Shown piece by piece: positions 30,794-46,167 of a stretch of 64,000 bases of DNA (position 1 is its first letter; every line of letters starts with the position of its first letter). The position numbers and the translations under genes are program-made. The notes under the pieces are model-generated. The model was not told where the DNA came from, did not search any database, and worked only from the letters and a program-made list of their open reading frames with translations. This stretch comes from the human T2T-CHM13v2.0 reference genome, Homo sapiens: the NCBI RefSeq assembly GCF_009914755.1, contig NC_060926.1; one strand, 5' to 3'.

Positions 30794-33323
30794 TAATACA
30801 CATTCATGGAAACAGGGCATTTAAATCATTATGCATAATAAAGTGAGAAGCTAGTTGTGATTTGCAAAGAATTATAGAAATTATAGGGAGAAACACAATC
30901 TCAAGAGCCACCCTGGAGTCCAGAGCTCTCGTTTTACAGATTCAGGAGTGGAGGCTCAAAGAATATATGCTTTCTTAATGACTGGAACCCAGACGGCAGG
31001 ACCCCCACACAGGGCTCCTTGCTGACCCTTTGCTGCCTTCCCCCCTCCCTTAGAGGGGCCATTCTTTATTCTGAGTAAACGTGCCACTGATTAGATGGGC
31101 TTCATGATAAAGACCTGCAGTAAGGACGTTTTAATCCTTTAATCTAGACGGTTCACGAGTTCCACTGGTGTGTCTCTGGGGGCAGGCTCCCAGATCACAG
31201 ACTGGTTCCACCGTGCCCCGTGACCTCAGCGTGCCATTAGATGGGAGGCCGTTATTTCAGGGGAAAAATCATGTTTGAAACTAAGTGGGTCCCCGGCAGT
31301 TTGCAGCAACACTGGCTGCTCAAAAGGACAGCACGAGGCTTTTCACAGCATGTAGATGCCATGGCTTTATGAGAGCTTTGAGCTTGGGAGGGTCTACTTG
31401 TGCTTTTGCAACCTTAGTTTAGATTTCATTTGCATCTACTATTTGTAAGTGCACCATTTTTCTACGGGAAGTATGTATGTGAGAATTATCTACATGATTT
31501 TTGTAGGTGGCTCACAAAACAAATGTCAGTAGCCATTCTATGGCCTTGGAGTATCATTTCCCACACCTTTTCTATGGACTGTCTTTATTTTTGACTCTAA
31601 TACGTATCCCTTATCATACAAAAAGTTCTTGAGCATATTTGATATATTTTAAAACTTCCACCCCAGTGGAATTAACACTAATTATATTTAATTCCACACA
31701 AACTTTTGTCCCAGTTGTAGACCATTTACCTACTTCCTGACAGCAAACACTACACCGCTGTGAAATTTTATTTTAACACATTTGTGCCCATTTTCAGCAT
31801 TAATAATCGTGTGTGGAAGTGGCAGCAAAATGAAGATATCGCCTGAGCATGGAACCACAAATGCCTGAACGTGTGATGGCATTTGTGAAACAAAAGCATG
31901 ACATACTTTTTCTTTCCAAATGAGGCAGTGCCACAACTAAAAAAGCCAGTTCGCCTTTCGCTTTCTAAAATCATCTTGCTGGAGAGAACGGTTATCAAAT
32001 CCCATCCACTGCCCATGTAAAATAAATACCATTCAGAAAAGCGTGGCATGGATGGCCATACTTCTGATGGGTTTATAACTGTAGATTGCATACGATCCCA
32101 ACGTGAAGCCTGAAATACGACATTCAACGTCAGGCTTATTCCAGGCTACTGCTGTGGCTACTTTTGTAATTCAACCAGTGGGGCGTTTTAGGCTAACGTA
32201 TATTGCCTCTAAGCTGATAAGCATTTTCCTGATCCCAGGCCCCTTCTAAAATTGAACACACACGTTCAGCTGGGGACACCTAGATGGAAGGAAGGGAAAG
32301 AGGAGAACCCGAAGTGAAGGAAAAGTCACCAAGAACAGTTTCATGGAAAAAAAAAAAAAAACTCTCAAGAATTAAGAATGTTGAGTTGCTTGAATGGAGC
32401 TTGGGCAGGAAAAAGACCATAACTCTCACACACGTGAAGGTTACTGATACCCAGGAGGTAAAAGAAGTATTTAACATGCTCTAAAGAAGGGTAACCAGAG
32501 TAATGGGGCGAAACCAAGGGAGGACGTCCTGGAATGTAATATTAGAAATAAACTTCCAAACAGGGAAGTGTCCATCCGAGTGTGAAATGGGTTTATCAGA
32601 AACAAGCTGCATGCCAGTTTCATTGACATTGCAAAGAAGGTTAGAATAAAAAGCTAATGAACAGAAAGAAGAAAGAGGCAAACAGGGTGTGTGTTGAGAG
32701 TGGTGGAATATGAAGGATGGTGCATTTGTCCAGGCTGGGGCTGCTGGCCTGAGGAATGGTGGTGGAGTTTTTTTACAGAGCATCTTCTGAGCACCAGGAG
32801 AGTCCCGGAAGCTGAGTTTGACACTAGCAAGACCTGCCCTGAATTGGGGACTGCTGGATGCCTGGAAGCTCCCCTACACTTACGTTCCTGAAGTTGGGCT
32901 TTTTATCACCTTAGGACTATGGCTTCCCAAACTTGGCAGTCAGCGTCCCGGCAAAAGCCTCTCTATTACTGCGAGGTAGTGTTTATGGAGTCACAGCTAA
33001 GAATTACAGAAAAAATCATAATAGGTGAATCTTTTTTTTTTAAAAAAAACAACATTTTTTGACTTTGCAAATAAATTGCAGAATTATCACCATTGTTGAA
33101 ATATTTTCCATTAAAACTAGAGTTTATTAAAAGTGCCTGGAAGGATGCCCCCTGCTGCCTCCCTGAGTCATCGCTTTGGATTTGTTCTTCAGAGGCAGAG
33201 ATTTATTTCCATAGCAGGGGTTTTCAGTTTTGTGCTTACAGTCCCGCAGTAAGTCTTACTGGCTTCATCTTCTGACCTGCTTTTAAAACAGTCCTCCACC
33301 GTGCTAGGTACACAAAGGGATAC

Positions 33324-33643
<320 letters not shown>

Positions 33644-34036
33644 TAACAAGGTAAGAGCAACTTTTCCCAGAGTTAAAGGATGGTGCTCCATGGAATAGTG
33701 AAAGTCTGGGACCAAAGCACCTTTTCCCTTTAATTTCTCCAATTGCTTTTAAAATATTCTATGCAATAAGCATCTGAGTCCAAAGGGAGGCTGTGTCTTC
33801 CTCTAGGGTCTCTCTGAATGAGGTCAGTTTCTATGTTAACTTTTACGCTTCCTTTTTTGTCTCATCCCAAACCATTTCTCCTCTTGTCATCCTCTTTTTC
33901 CTCCTCCTTTTCCTTCTTATTTCTCCTGTTGCCTTTTTTCTACCTTTTTATTTTTTGCCAATATACATAAAATTGCTTGTTAAAAAAAGATCAAAGACAG
34001 CATTTTTATATTTTTTTCTTAAAAAACAATATGAAG

Positions 34037-34513
<477 letters not shown>

Positions 34514-36422
34514 CTACCACGACCTGGGGGGTCCAAGAGGGGCTGCTGCAGGTAGCCTACCCCCCCAGCCTTCCCCATGACCACAGCCACCCACTCCCTC
34601 AAAGTGGGACTTCAGGCCAAGCAGGGGAAGATCTCAGGCGAGGAGAAACAGTCCATCCGAGAGCTCCCTGGGAGAATCTTGTAGACTACACGCTAATGAG
34701 ATAGGCCTGTCGCCAAAGGTCACCTCCGCACTGTCTTGGCCACAAATGAGGCCTGAAATCCTGCTATTAGAGTTGCACACACACAGGAGCCTCCTCTGGG
34801 AGTTCTGTTAACCACTGGTCTGGGAGAAGAGACGGCACAGATGGCCTCCCCAGTCTTTCCAGGGCAGAGCGGTGGGGGCGGGAAGGAAAGGAAGTGCCGA
34901 GTAGTTCAGGAGAGGGGGTGGGCATGGGGTTGGGGGGCAGCCTGGGGACACTATGGCCCCATCCTAGCCTGGTGGGAGCTAGAGGAACAGGGAAAGTAAG
35001 TCTAAAGTAAGCTAGACTCAGGAAAGGGAAAGAAAACTCTGCGTGTCTTTTTTTCTTTCCTTCTTTTCCTGACACACATAGTCTTGTGCTCTCTCTGGGC
35101 TGGTTCCACTAGTGCAGCGATGCTATGGGGGAGGGGCCCAGGGCCCTGATAACAGGTGGGCGTGTGTCAAATAGCAACTCAACCAATGAATGAATGAATC
35201 TGCCTCTCCTACCTCTCCGGACAGTTTTGAAGTTTAGGTGAAACCATGTGTACAAAAGCTCCTGTGAACTGGGAGACACTTTGCAATCCCAAAGTGGTTA
35301 ATAATAAAAATAGTAATACTTTTAAAAAATCATAACAAATAATAATAATGCTATTGGAACCATCAATCTAATACACTTTTTTTCTGTGAGAGACTTATTG
35401 GATTCTTTCCTTGGCATGAAAGCCCTGCTTCTCCCAACACAGGCAGGCTCCCTCTGGCACAGGGTGATTGCATCATAGACCTGACCCAACGTGACAGAGA
35501 AGCGGTTCTTTCTGAGTTACCAATGGCCATCCATCTTTCAGCAGGCGTGCCTTCCCATTTTCCTTGCTCTGCCCATGAGAATTTTCAGCAGAACCTTGGA
35601 TTAGGTGTGCCAGACATGTTCTACTCTTGATTGTGAAGATTATACACACTCTCACCTTCTGAGATAAATGTTATTAAATTGGATAAACAACCTTGTGTAG
35701 TTTTGCTTTTCTGTTTTATCTCAAGATCCTGCTGACATGGCTAACAGGGCAACTGTGAAAAGATTTTTATTCGTGTCTACATCAGTGTGAAAGGCTTCAT
35801 CCTGGTGTGTACTAATCACTCAGACAGTGGTATGAATAAATGAAGGAATGCATTGACAAACTAATACACAAGGTGATTCCGGAAAAGCGCACCTCCTGGG
35901 ATAAATACGGTGACAGTGGTGAGTCTGCTCTAGGTCTACGAAGTTCTTGCTCTTAGTAGAGATCCAGACACCCAATGTTGAAGACAGTTCCTCTTTGCTT
36001 TAGAAAGCTTTGTGTGCAAGAGATGGCAAACTACTTCTTAAAAAACAGAGAGTCCCGTAAACATATGCCAAGGTCCACGGTGCTCCAGGCAGGGTGCTTG
36101 GTGCCAGAGAGACAGAGTGAACTGAGCTGGCCATGGCATCTGTCCTGGAGAAGTCACACTCCAATCAGGAAGGCAGGAATGTGGGCCAGACCTACAGCCT
36201 CTGGGGAAGGGTGTCCATAAGCTGTGAGGTGGTGGCTACTGACTCCAATGGCAGAGAAGGTGTGGTAAAAAGGCAAGGACATCTGCAATCCTTCTCTAAC
36301 TCTTGACTTATTGTTATCTGCAGCAGGTTAACCACCCCTCTGTTAACTTCCTTCTCTCTAATGAGGATATTAAGAGTAGTTGCCTCAGAAGGTTGAGCAA
36401 ATTTGGTAATTTACACAATGTG

Positions 36423-36725
36423 TAGTTGTCCCTTGGTATCCATGGGGAATTGATTCTAGGATCTCCTATGGATATCAAACTCCAAGGATGCTCAAGTCTC
36501 TGATACAAACTGGCATAATATTTGCCTGTAACCTACACAGATCCTCTTGTGTACTTTAAATAATCTCTAGATTACTTATAATATCTAATGCAACATAAAT
36601 ACTATGTAAACACTTGTTATGATATTTTTATTGGCATTATTTTTATTGTTTTATTATTTTTAAATATTTCAATCCATAGTGGGTTGAATCCAGTAATGTG
36701 GAACCCACAGATATAGAGGCCAAGA
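36423..36725. mobile_element. MER2 (TcMar-Tigger) DNA transposon
   Basis: GTCCCTTGGTATCCATGGGG, GGATGCTCAAGTC, TACTTTAAATAATCTCTAGATTACTTATAATA, GGAACCCACAGATATAGAGG. Confidence 0.8.
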
Positions 36726-39713
36726 TACCTCAATGATTGGCAGTTCCAGCATTGCCCATCTCCCTGTACCAATCTGTGCCAACCTCGGAACTGTGGTTGA
36801 GTCCCAAGCTAGGGGGTCGGTTCACACCATCCATCCCACCACTGCAGCAGATGCTCACCCAGCGTCAACTCTGAACCAAACACCATTCTGGGCAGGGGCG
36901 AAGGTGAGAAGCACAGACCTTGGCCCTGCTCTCCCCTCCTCAGGAGCCCAGCAGAGCCAGTCCCCACAGGTGGGACTCCACTACCCAAGGGAAGCCTGAG
37001 GCATGAGGCCTGTGTGTTGTTCAGTGACCGGGTCCATCCTCCCAGTGCCAGAGAAAAGGAGGTGCCCCTCAAACCACAAAGTAACCCTTGGACTTCTCTT
37101 TAGCTGGGGTGGTGGCTGCTGGAGAGGGCCCTGCTTGCTCATCTCTGCCAGCTTCCCAGTCCCTGCAACCAGCAGTGGCCAGCCTCTGGCCACCCCCATG
37201 AAAGCACATAAAAGGGTTGGGGAAGCCGCAACCCCAGAATTGAGGTGAGCTAGAGTTTGAGGACATAGGTTGCTTTTCACTTATCTCCAGCAAGAACCAT
37301 GTTATAGATCATTGGTACAGTGATGATTTTATGCTTCTAATTGAATACTGATGAAAAATGGCAATGGTTTCTCAGTTACTTCTTGGAAATAAATTGTGGG
37401 TAAATAACATCTGCTTAAAGCTTGGAAACCCAGTTTCCTTTGGTTTGTGTTTTTAAATGCTTTGACGATGCGGTTTGCTTTTTTACTCCAAGAAAAAAAA
37501 AACAATTAAATAGAGGCTGACAACTAGGTGAGATCCACAGCCAAGCTATTCTAAGAGCCCGAAGTCACCCTGGACACCCAGCTTGATGACAAAGGGCAGA
37601 AATTCAATATGGAAATAGGATCCACTCCAAATGCACCATCTCCGACATTATGATGAAGAGAATATGTATTTCATGACAGGGCAAATGTTGCCATCCTTCT
37701 GAGGGAAGATGTAAATGAGGATGCTTTTAGGGATGATTTCTACATTGTCACTAAACTGAGACATTTGTGCTTGCTCGTGCCAAGTGAAGATTGCTGTTGC
37801 TGTTGTTCTCTCGCAGTGATTAGGGTTCATTCCCTAGCAACAGGCAGCAGCAGAAAGGAAGCTTTGCAGGCAGAGTCACCGAATAAACGCAGTGGGAACA
37901 GTATCAACAACAAACCCAGTGATGAAGGGAGGGGCATGTGGGGCACACCACATTGCCTCTCTGGCTTCTCGTCTGCACCTGGGGCCAGAGGCAGGTGGGA
38001 AGGAGACCTTGACAATGTGGGAAGTCCCTTTGATTTGCTGAAATGGAGGAGTTCACATTTTACTGTGCAGTCTAACATTGCCCATTCTGGATTAGCTCCA
38101 TCAGACACGCTTTTGTGCTTTACTGTAACTCTTTCTTTATTTGTCCTCCTCGAAACTGATCCATAATGCCAATTTGCTGATCAGCTGTCCCTGGGACTTC
38201 GGTGTACTGGGCTAGAACCTCAGTCTAGTGTTCAAAGGAGCTGGCAGAATGGGTTGTCTCGGCATGGAGGACCCAAAAGCAGAGCTCCCTGGTGCTTTGG
38301 GGGAGAGTGAAGCCCTTCATTCCACTCCTCATTGCAGACCAGCTTTCCTGGTATTCATGCACTGCTTTTTGTAACGCCTCAAATGAAGGCCACAGCTCAG
38401 CCAAGTAGAAGAGAGCTCCTAATAAATGAAGTCTGGTTGCCTTTGAATTTATAAAATAATCAAAGTTGCTATTTCCTGCTAAGGAGACAGATACAGAACA
38501 GGTGATAGGCCACAGTCATTACTGTCCCCTGCTTGTTCCCTGAGCCCCTGGCCTTCTACCTTTTCTAACTGCTGTCAGAACCCTGGTTGGGGACTTCCTT
38601 TTGCCTGGTTCTCCTGGGCTTGAATGGCAACCTATATTGACAGATTTCATGCCACAGTTCTTTTTCAAACAAGATGATTCACAATGGAATAATTGGGTTT
38701 GGGAAGAAGGCCTTTTTAAAGCAAACTATGGAAAATAATTGATGAGTAGCGCAGTTTTATAAAACTTTTTTTTCTATTACCCTTTAAAAACTATGTTGCT
38801 AACTGCACATCACACTGCATTCATATCCTGGGACTAATACCCCTTGACCTCTGCCATATGAATTAAGGTGAAAGAAGGGTCATAAGTAACAAAGTTTCAA
38901 AGTTGAATGAACCTTTTTTTTCCTGTAATTTTACTGACCATTTCCCTTTCTGTTTGAGAGATCTGTGCGGTCCTGTTGCTGAGGTTCTGTGGTTCAGGGG
39001 TGTTATCGGCGACAGAGTGCTGATTTCACTTGGGTCTGTTCTGGTTTGTCTTAATTTCTCTTTTAGAGCTTAATTTTCATTTCCAACGAATTAGGCAAGA
39101 CAGAAAGTGACATTTGGAAAAGAGTGAATGGATGACTAAACATTCACCAGACGTCATTCTTGTAACAGTTAAATGGTAGTGATTCATGTCTCCATCTCTT
39201 GATAAAATATAAAGCATTAAATCTTGATGGCTAAACACACTGACAAAACTACCGAACCATGTTCCTGGTTGAGGATACCTGAAGGTCGACATTTATCTGG
39301 GATCTTTTGCTGCTGCTTTGGTATGACTTCTATCAAGATAGCTTTCGACGAGGTAGAACGTTTGCTTTCACTCTGGGTTTTCCTTGGTTTCGACAATTTT
39401 TAAGTGTTAACTGAAGGAAATCCCGTCTTGTCAGAATGTTCTTTTCAATACAAATCGCAGTGAAATAACGGGCTAGAAAGATGTGGATCCTTCTTGATTT
39501 TAGGAAGCACACACCTATCGGCAACTCTCGCTGCCTGGCCTGTGTTCACGGCGGTATTTTTGCCTCTGTCACCATCCTTGGGACTAGGTACAAAAATAGG
39601 CTTATGTTCCACGTGTCACCCACCACTTCACTTCCTTTTTAATAGATCATGGGTAAGGAGGTGAGAGGACATGAGAAGGATTGGTATGAAGTAAATAACA
39701 GTTAAATCTTTTC

Positions 39714-40016
<303 letters not shown>

Positions 40017-40656
40017 TTAAATCTTTTCAGATTTCTAGGCTGGAAATCAACAGAACAAGATCTGCTAGCAGAAGTTGTTACATCTCAACTAAGTATAGAC
40101 TGGAGATGAATCTGACAACCTGTGACATCTTTAAATGTCAAACCCACCGCACATCACAGATGACATCGTACCTAATGATCAAACTCCCTTTAAAATATAC
40201 TTCATGTAAATACATTTTTGCGAAACCACAAGCTGTTTCTCTCAGTTTTGTTTTCAGCTGGCTTTGATAAGGAGATTGGTTGGCAGCCTACAGCTAATTA
40301 AGCAGCTTTCAAGCCAACATCAATGAAAGGTTTTAGGTGACTATCAGAAATCCATTCCACTCTCCATGGTCCACCGGTGTCGACTATGCCTTTCAATTGT
40401 GCCGACAGACCCTGTCAGAAGAGAATGGTTTCGCACTAATCCAAGTTTACAACCAAAATCATCCTGTTTTCAGTGGTGTAGATCCAGTGTCTGTATCTGT
40501 CTTGTCAACTCACAATAGCATTAGCACAGGGGGCTGGATTTATGCTCTAAGAAATGCAATTTACCTTTCTAAGCTCACTTATATATATTTGTATCTAACA
40601 TATTGTAAATTTCTTAAACTTGTTACACATTTAATTTTATAACTAGAAATCAATTT

Positions 40657-40687
<31 letters not shown>
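40657..40687. repeat. (TTTA)n microsatellite
   Basis: Directly visible. Confidence 0.9.
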
Positions 40688-43600
40688 GTGGAAAACAGAA
40701 AATGAAGTGCAAGAGACCCTCATTTCCGGGGCAAGAATTCTGAGTTCCTTGGCTTCTTTCATTCTTGTCTGACTTTCCCCCCTCCAGTTGCAGTTATTTC
40801 TAGATTTTGGTAAATTATTCATTGCTTTTAAAAGAGAAAAAGCTCGATTTTCTAAATCTACAGTTGAGCTAGCCCTAACCTCTAAAGCCAGATTGCTTTA
40901 ACAAAATTGTCATCATTTTATACATGACAGATTGGCTTCAAATAAAATGGTAAATGGGAGGAAAAGTATATTTTGCTTACACTTAGGAATGCCTGTAAAT
41001 GTAACAGAGTTTAAAAAAAAATCTTGGTGTTTTAACAAATGCATATTGTGAAAAAGAGGAAGAAAAAATTAGCTGGTTGCCTGTGAAGTAATTGTGCTAA
41101 AAACATTCATTTTTAATATATAAGAGTTCACATTTTAATTCATATACTTGCAAAAGAAAAGTGGGATTTTTTTTCTTAAGGCTTTGACTATTTAAGGAAA
41201 GCTTTTGTGCTGTGCCAGTCTGCTTTTAAGAAATTCCAGAGTTACAGATACAATTGAGGGTGAACTTGAATTTGTTCCGTGGGCACGGCCTTTTCTGTTG
41301 TGGTAAAACAAAGTTAAAATGACAACGGTTCTGAAGAAAGTGCTTCAAGACCATGTCCTGTTTCACTCTTTCCAGATGACTAAAATCACCCTCATTTCCC
41401 AAGTCTTACATCGGGGGAAGAGGATATGTGGTTTAAAAGAGTGGCAAGTACTAGTTAAGGTCAGGCTTTTTCTGAATGTGAACATTCAGTTATGCTGCAT
41501 GAAGATAGGGGCAGGTATTGCAGAGTAAAATTCTCATACAGAAAATGTCTGAAAGTAACAAATTAGGTGATTACCACGGTCTCCTTATCCACTGTCATCT
41601 TTAATCGTCGTGTTTTTTTTTCAAGGCTGTTTTGTCTGTTTTTAAATGCTGTTGTCTTATATAAATCAGGCTACTTGCTTTAAAGTACCAGAAGAATCCT
41701 ATAATACTGAAAAAATTGAAATATAAAAAAGTGAAGTAAGAATTCTGAGTCACATGTTTTAGATACGGTGTTAAACAACATAACACATTATCTTGAATGG
41801 AAGATGTTATTACCTTGGTGCTCTCATCAGTTCAGCTTGCCCAGAAGCAATGCCAACCTTTCACTGAGAATCTTTTAAACTGACCACAAATGTCCCTATT
41901 CTTCTCAATGATTTAAAATGTCCTGTGCTAACTTTTCTATCAGTCAATATGTATTTTTCAGTGTTCTTACTGAGTTTTGTTATTTGCTTTTAGTTCTTTT
42001 CACTGTTTATTTGCTGGTTTATGTTTTATGAAGAAATCCACTTTCAGAAGAAATGATGACTTATTTTCTGTGGGTGTTTCCTTTCTTCACTACTTTAAGA
42101 ATTTTCAAGTATAAATAAATTGTGAGAATACATATGTGTGCAAGGAGTGTGGGGAAGAGTTAACTAATTTTTAAATTGAAATGAGGGAAATACTGGGCTG
42201 ACTCTACTGGTGTTTTTCAGAGTGTTCCTCAATTTAACAAAGCAAAGCACTGAGTAGTATTTCTTTCTAATATAGATGTTTAAAAACATCTTCCAAAGTA
42301 AGTAGCAAGAACTAATGCTCAAAGTGTTGTCTGAAAAATCTAGAAATATCTGCATGCTGTTATGAACAATTCTGTTTCTTTATGGAGAGTTGTTTGGGCT
42401 TTTTAGAAACTCATTAATTTGATTGTAAGCACCTCACTGTTATCAGGAAAAGAAGCTTTAGAAAATGGTTTCAGAATGTGTCATTTTCTCCTTGTTTTAA
42501 TCTGAGACAGTGTGTGGGCATGCTGGTATTTTAAAAGGCTAAAAATGTTGTACATATTGCTGTGTCTTCAAATATGAGGGAAGATTACAAACAGAAGTTT
42601 TCTTCAAGCCTCTGTCTGAAATTCTGCTTTTCTTCTCAGTAGTGATTCTTAAATTTTTACGGAGAGATCTTTCATTCTTTTTTTTTTCATTTTCAATCTG
42701 TTGTTGAAATTCAGCAAAACAAATATTTTAAAAGCCAAGTCAGCTTTCTACCGTTTTGATCTGAATATTTAATGCTTTATAAAATAAAACCCTGTGTTTT
42801 AATTTTAACTAGTTTCATTCTTTTTTTATGAAATGATTTGCGGTATTAGACTGTCATTTGGTTTCAATATTAATATATAACATGAACTACGTGGGTGTCA
42901 CTTATTTTCAGTAGTAAATAACTGCTTAACCGATTACTTTACTTTAACATAGTTCTACTGTTCTCCTTGAGCCTCGTGATCTGCATCTTCAAACAATATT
43001 TGGTGTGTGTTTTTGCAAAATAGCATTTACATACTGTGTCATTAAAAACTAGTTTCATGGTGTCATGGTGGTCGGAATCAGGGAATGTCGTGTAGTTGGT
43101 TTCAAAATCCATCAGTAGGTTAATCATTAATTATTCTTTTTCCAGGAAAAAACTGATGAGGTTGTTTCAGAATTTGAATTTACTAGAATTCCTTTTTTTT
43201 TTTTGCATTAAAAAAAAACTTTTGCATTTTAAGCTTAAAGGGGGTTAATTTGGTAAGAAAAGGTACCTTTTCTGTTTGTATTGTGGCTTGTTCATTTTCT
43301 CATAAACTGTATTTGGTAGCTAAAATGTTGAAAGCAGTTTGGGAACAAAATGTCTGCTCAAACCATGACAAAATTGGCCACAATTTGCCGATTGGGCTGA
43401 TAACAAAAGCCAGCAACACAAAATAGGTAGAAAAACAGTTTGTTCGGTGATGTGAGACCACTGAAGCTCTTTTTTGCATGTTTTTTTTTTTTTTTTTTCA
43501 TTCTGATGCTTATGTTGTGATGGAAATACATGAAGTCTCTGCTTACCCATTGTTTCTGATTAACTATTTCATCTTTGGATTTCTTTTAAAACTTCAGAAA

Positions 43601-45994
43601 ACAAGCTGCCCCCTGGGCATCTGAGACAAATTTGAAATAAGAGCCAGCTCTGCACCTAAACATTGTGTTTTCTCTAGACCCCACTTGGTTGTAAATGTCC
43701 CAAAACTCTTGTTTTGATCGTTTAAAGCAGCATTTAAATTCCATTTCCCCCACCACCCCAATGTTCAACATTGAATTGTATGGCTTTTACTACACTTTTG
43801 CAAGTGTAAAACAAAAATTCTAGTTTGCAGTTTAAAAGAAAAGTTCTCCACCTGGGTATATAGTTGACAAAAATGTCAACAGCTAAAAGTACATATTGAC
43901 TCTCATATTATCTTCGCAGACTGTAAGCAACTATTAATGTTTTACATGAGACAATACATTTTTTTCAAATGATAGAACGAGATAACAGCCTCCTCTCCCT
44001 TGCCTCTGCTGTTGTAACTTCTCATACCTTGTGTTGCCTCTGTGTGTGTGATGGTCTTATTTTTTTGGTCTTAAAAATCAGATCCTCCAGGACAATAATT
44101 AGGATGAGGTTTATGTTTCTACTTATCTAATCTTTGTTTTCACAAATAAATACAAATAACTCAAACTGAAACTTGATGGCTTTGGTGATAATATAATAGC
44201 AGCCACGGGGAAATTTTCTTCATTTTAATGTTCTTTCACAACCCACATTCAGTTTCGGTAGGAAAATTATTAACCTTTTCAAAAGCATGCTGAAATATGG
44301 GTTCACAATAGACTCCTGAGTATGATTTGCAGGTTTTGGTTCTATTTTGAGATTTTGGTGTACAGTTTTTCTCTTTTTTTCTCTCTTTCTTTCGTTCGTT
44401 CATTCTCTCATACCAATTGCTTTCTTTGACACCAATCGCAATGACTTAAAATCCTTCAGTTGATATCTTTTTAATGTGTGCACGTTATACAGTGTTTGCA
44501 TTTATTTTTTTATTATGAGAAGGGAGAATTCCTATTTCCTTCTCTCCTACTGATTGGTTCTATGAAAGAGGACATACTCTTTATTCTCACTGTTTTTCTC
44601 CACTCTAATCCTCATGTGGAGGTTGTGAGTCCTCCAGCCCCATTTAAAAAAATCCAGTTGAGCCACATTTCCCCGAGGGCACCTGGCTCCATGTCAGGCA
44701 TCAGATCTGACTCCTGTCTGCCTCCAGTGGCCTCGTGTCTGTGTCCATCACACCAAAGCAAGTCCGCCCGTTTGGGCTTGCTGTCCTGAAGGTCTGCACG
44801 GCCTCAGGCTTCCAAGGAAGGCCTGGGTGGCGGTGTCTCCATAGCTGACTGCTGCTGGGGCTGCAGGTCTGGAAGGGCTATTGGAGGGAGGTGATCATGA
44901 TTTTGTAACTCTGGCTTCTTCACCTGAAACACACACGAGGGCAGGACCTGGGGCCAGAGAGGCAGGTGAGTAGGAGGATCTCGGATAACAGTTTCTGTTT
45001 TAGGCATCCCCTTCTCCAAGTCTGGCTGGGACAGCCACACCTGCAGAGAGGGCCCTGATTGGGGTCGTGGTCCTGCCCCACATCTGGCAAGCCTGTGCCT
45101 CATGTACTCACAGTCACCTTTTTTATTTGATCCCCATCCATCCTAAGTCCCCACCCCCCCGCAGTGCCCTACCCTACCTGTTCCCACCGTCCCTGCAAAG
45201 TTGAATATGGAAACTGAGAAACACATATTTTATCTGTAACAAATGTGGATATTTCCAGTATTTTAGCCTGGGTTTTTTTCTTCTTCTTCTTCTGCTTCTC
45301 ATACTTCCTGTATGAGGTTAGTTTTTTTAAAATGATAAACAAACTATTTTTTTTTCAACTTTTTTGGGAGGCCTGGTTGTCTAGTGCCTCCTACCTGTGT
45401 TGTTGTGAGCCTTTTGCTGGTGCTCTCTACCTGGGCACAGAGGTCGGTGTGAGCAGAGCCTGAAAGTGGGAGTGGGGGATGTGGTGTTTTGCATAGGGTT
45501 GCAGTGAGGAGGGTTGAGCTGGTGAAAACACTTCTGTTCTCCTATTTGAGAGAGATGCAGCAGAATTCATGGCTGTCGTGTTCTGTGCAGGCAAAATGAG
45601 CTGAAGGATGGAAGGCAAGGGGGATAGGAGCAGGGGTGGAGCATGGCTAGAAGAGACATTTGATGTTTAGGGAGAGAACACTGGTGCAGATTGAATATCC
45701 CACAGTGCTCAGTCCCACGCTGTGCAGATGAGCAACATCTGGAAAAGAAGATTAAGGGATGAAGCATGCCAACATTTCTCCCCAGGTCACCCCAAAAATG
45801 AGTTGAAAATTCTGGATGGCTTCTGAGCTGCTTGCTCTTTCCGCCCCCAGTCGGGATCTCAGGAGAGAGCGTCCGGCAAGTAGCTTGGGTACAGTTGACT
45901 AAGTGTGAACATCAGTAGCCAGCCGCATAGCCAACCTGCAGTCACCCATGGCCCTGCATACAAGAGTGTCACTAGGAGCAGATATCACTTGCCA

Positions 45995-46167
45995 CTGGTG
46001 GTTGTGTGTATCTGAATCACCTGGGCACTGTGAAACACACATTCCTAGGCCCCAGCCCCAGGGTTTCCTTCTTAGAATATGTGAGGTGAGGCCGGAGAAT
46101 TTGCATTTCTAACAACTCTCAGGTAATGAGATGCTGCCAGTGCTGAGACTCCCATTGAGAACTGCAG
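45995..46167. mobile_element. MER5A-like (hAT-Charlie)
   Basis: GAATCACCTGGG...GAGAATTTGCATTTCTAACAA...CAGGTAATG..GATGCTG...TTGAGAAC. Confidence 0.75.

Noticed and set aside
31666-31697. 10-bp inverted repeat GTGGAATTAA / TTAATTCCAC; also GTTGACA / TGTCAAC near 43863
   Set aside because: Short AT-rich stems, plausible by chance in a window this size.
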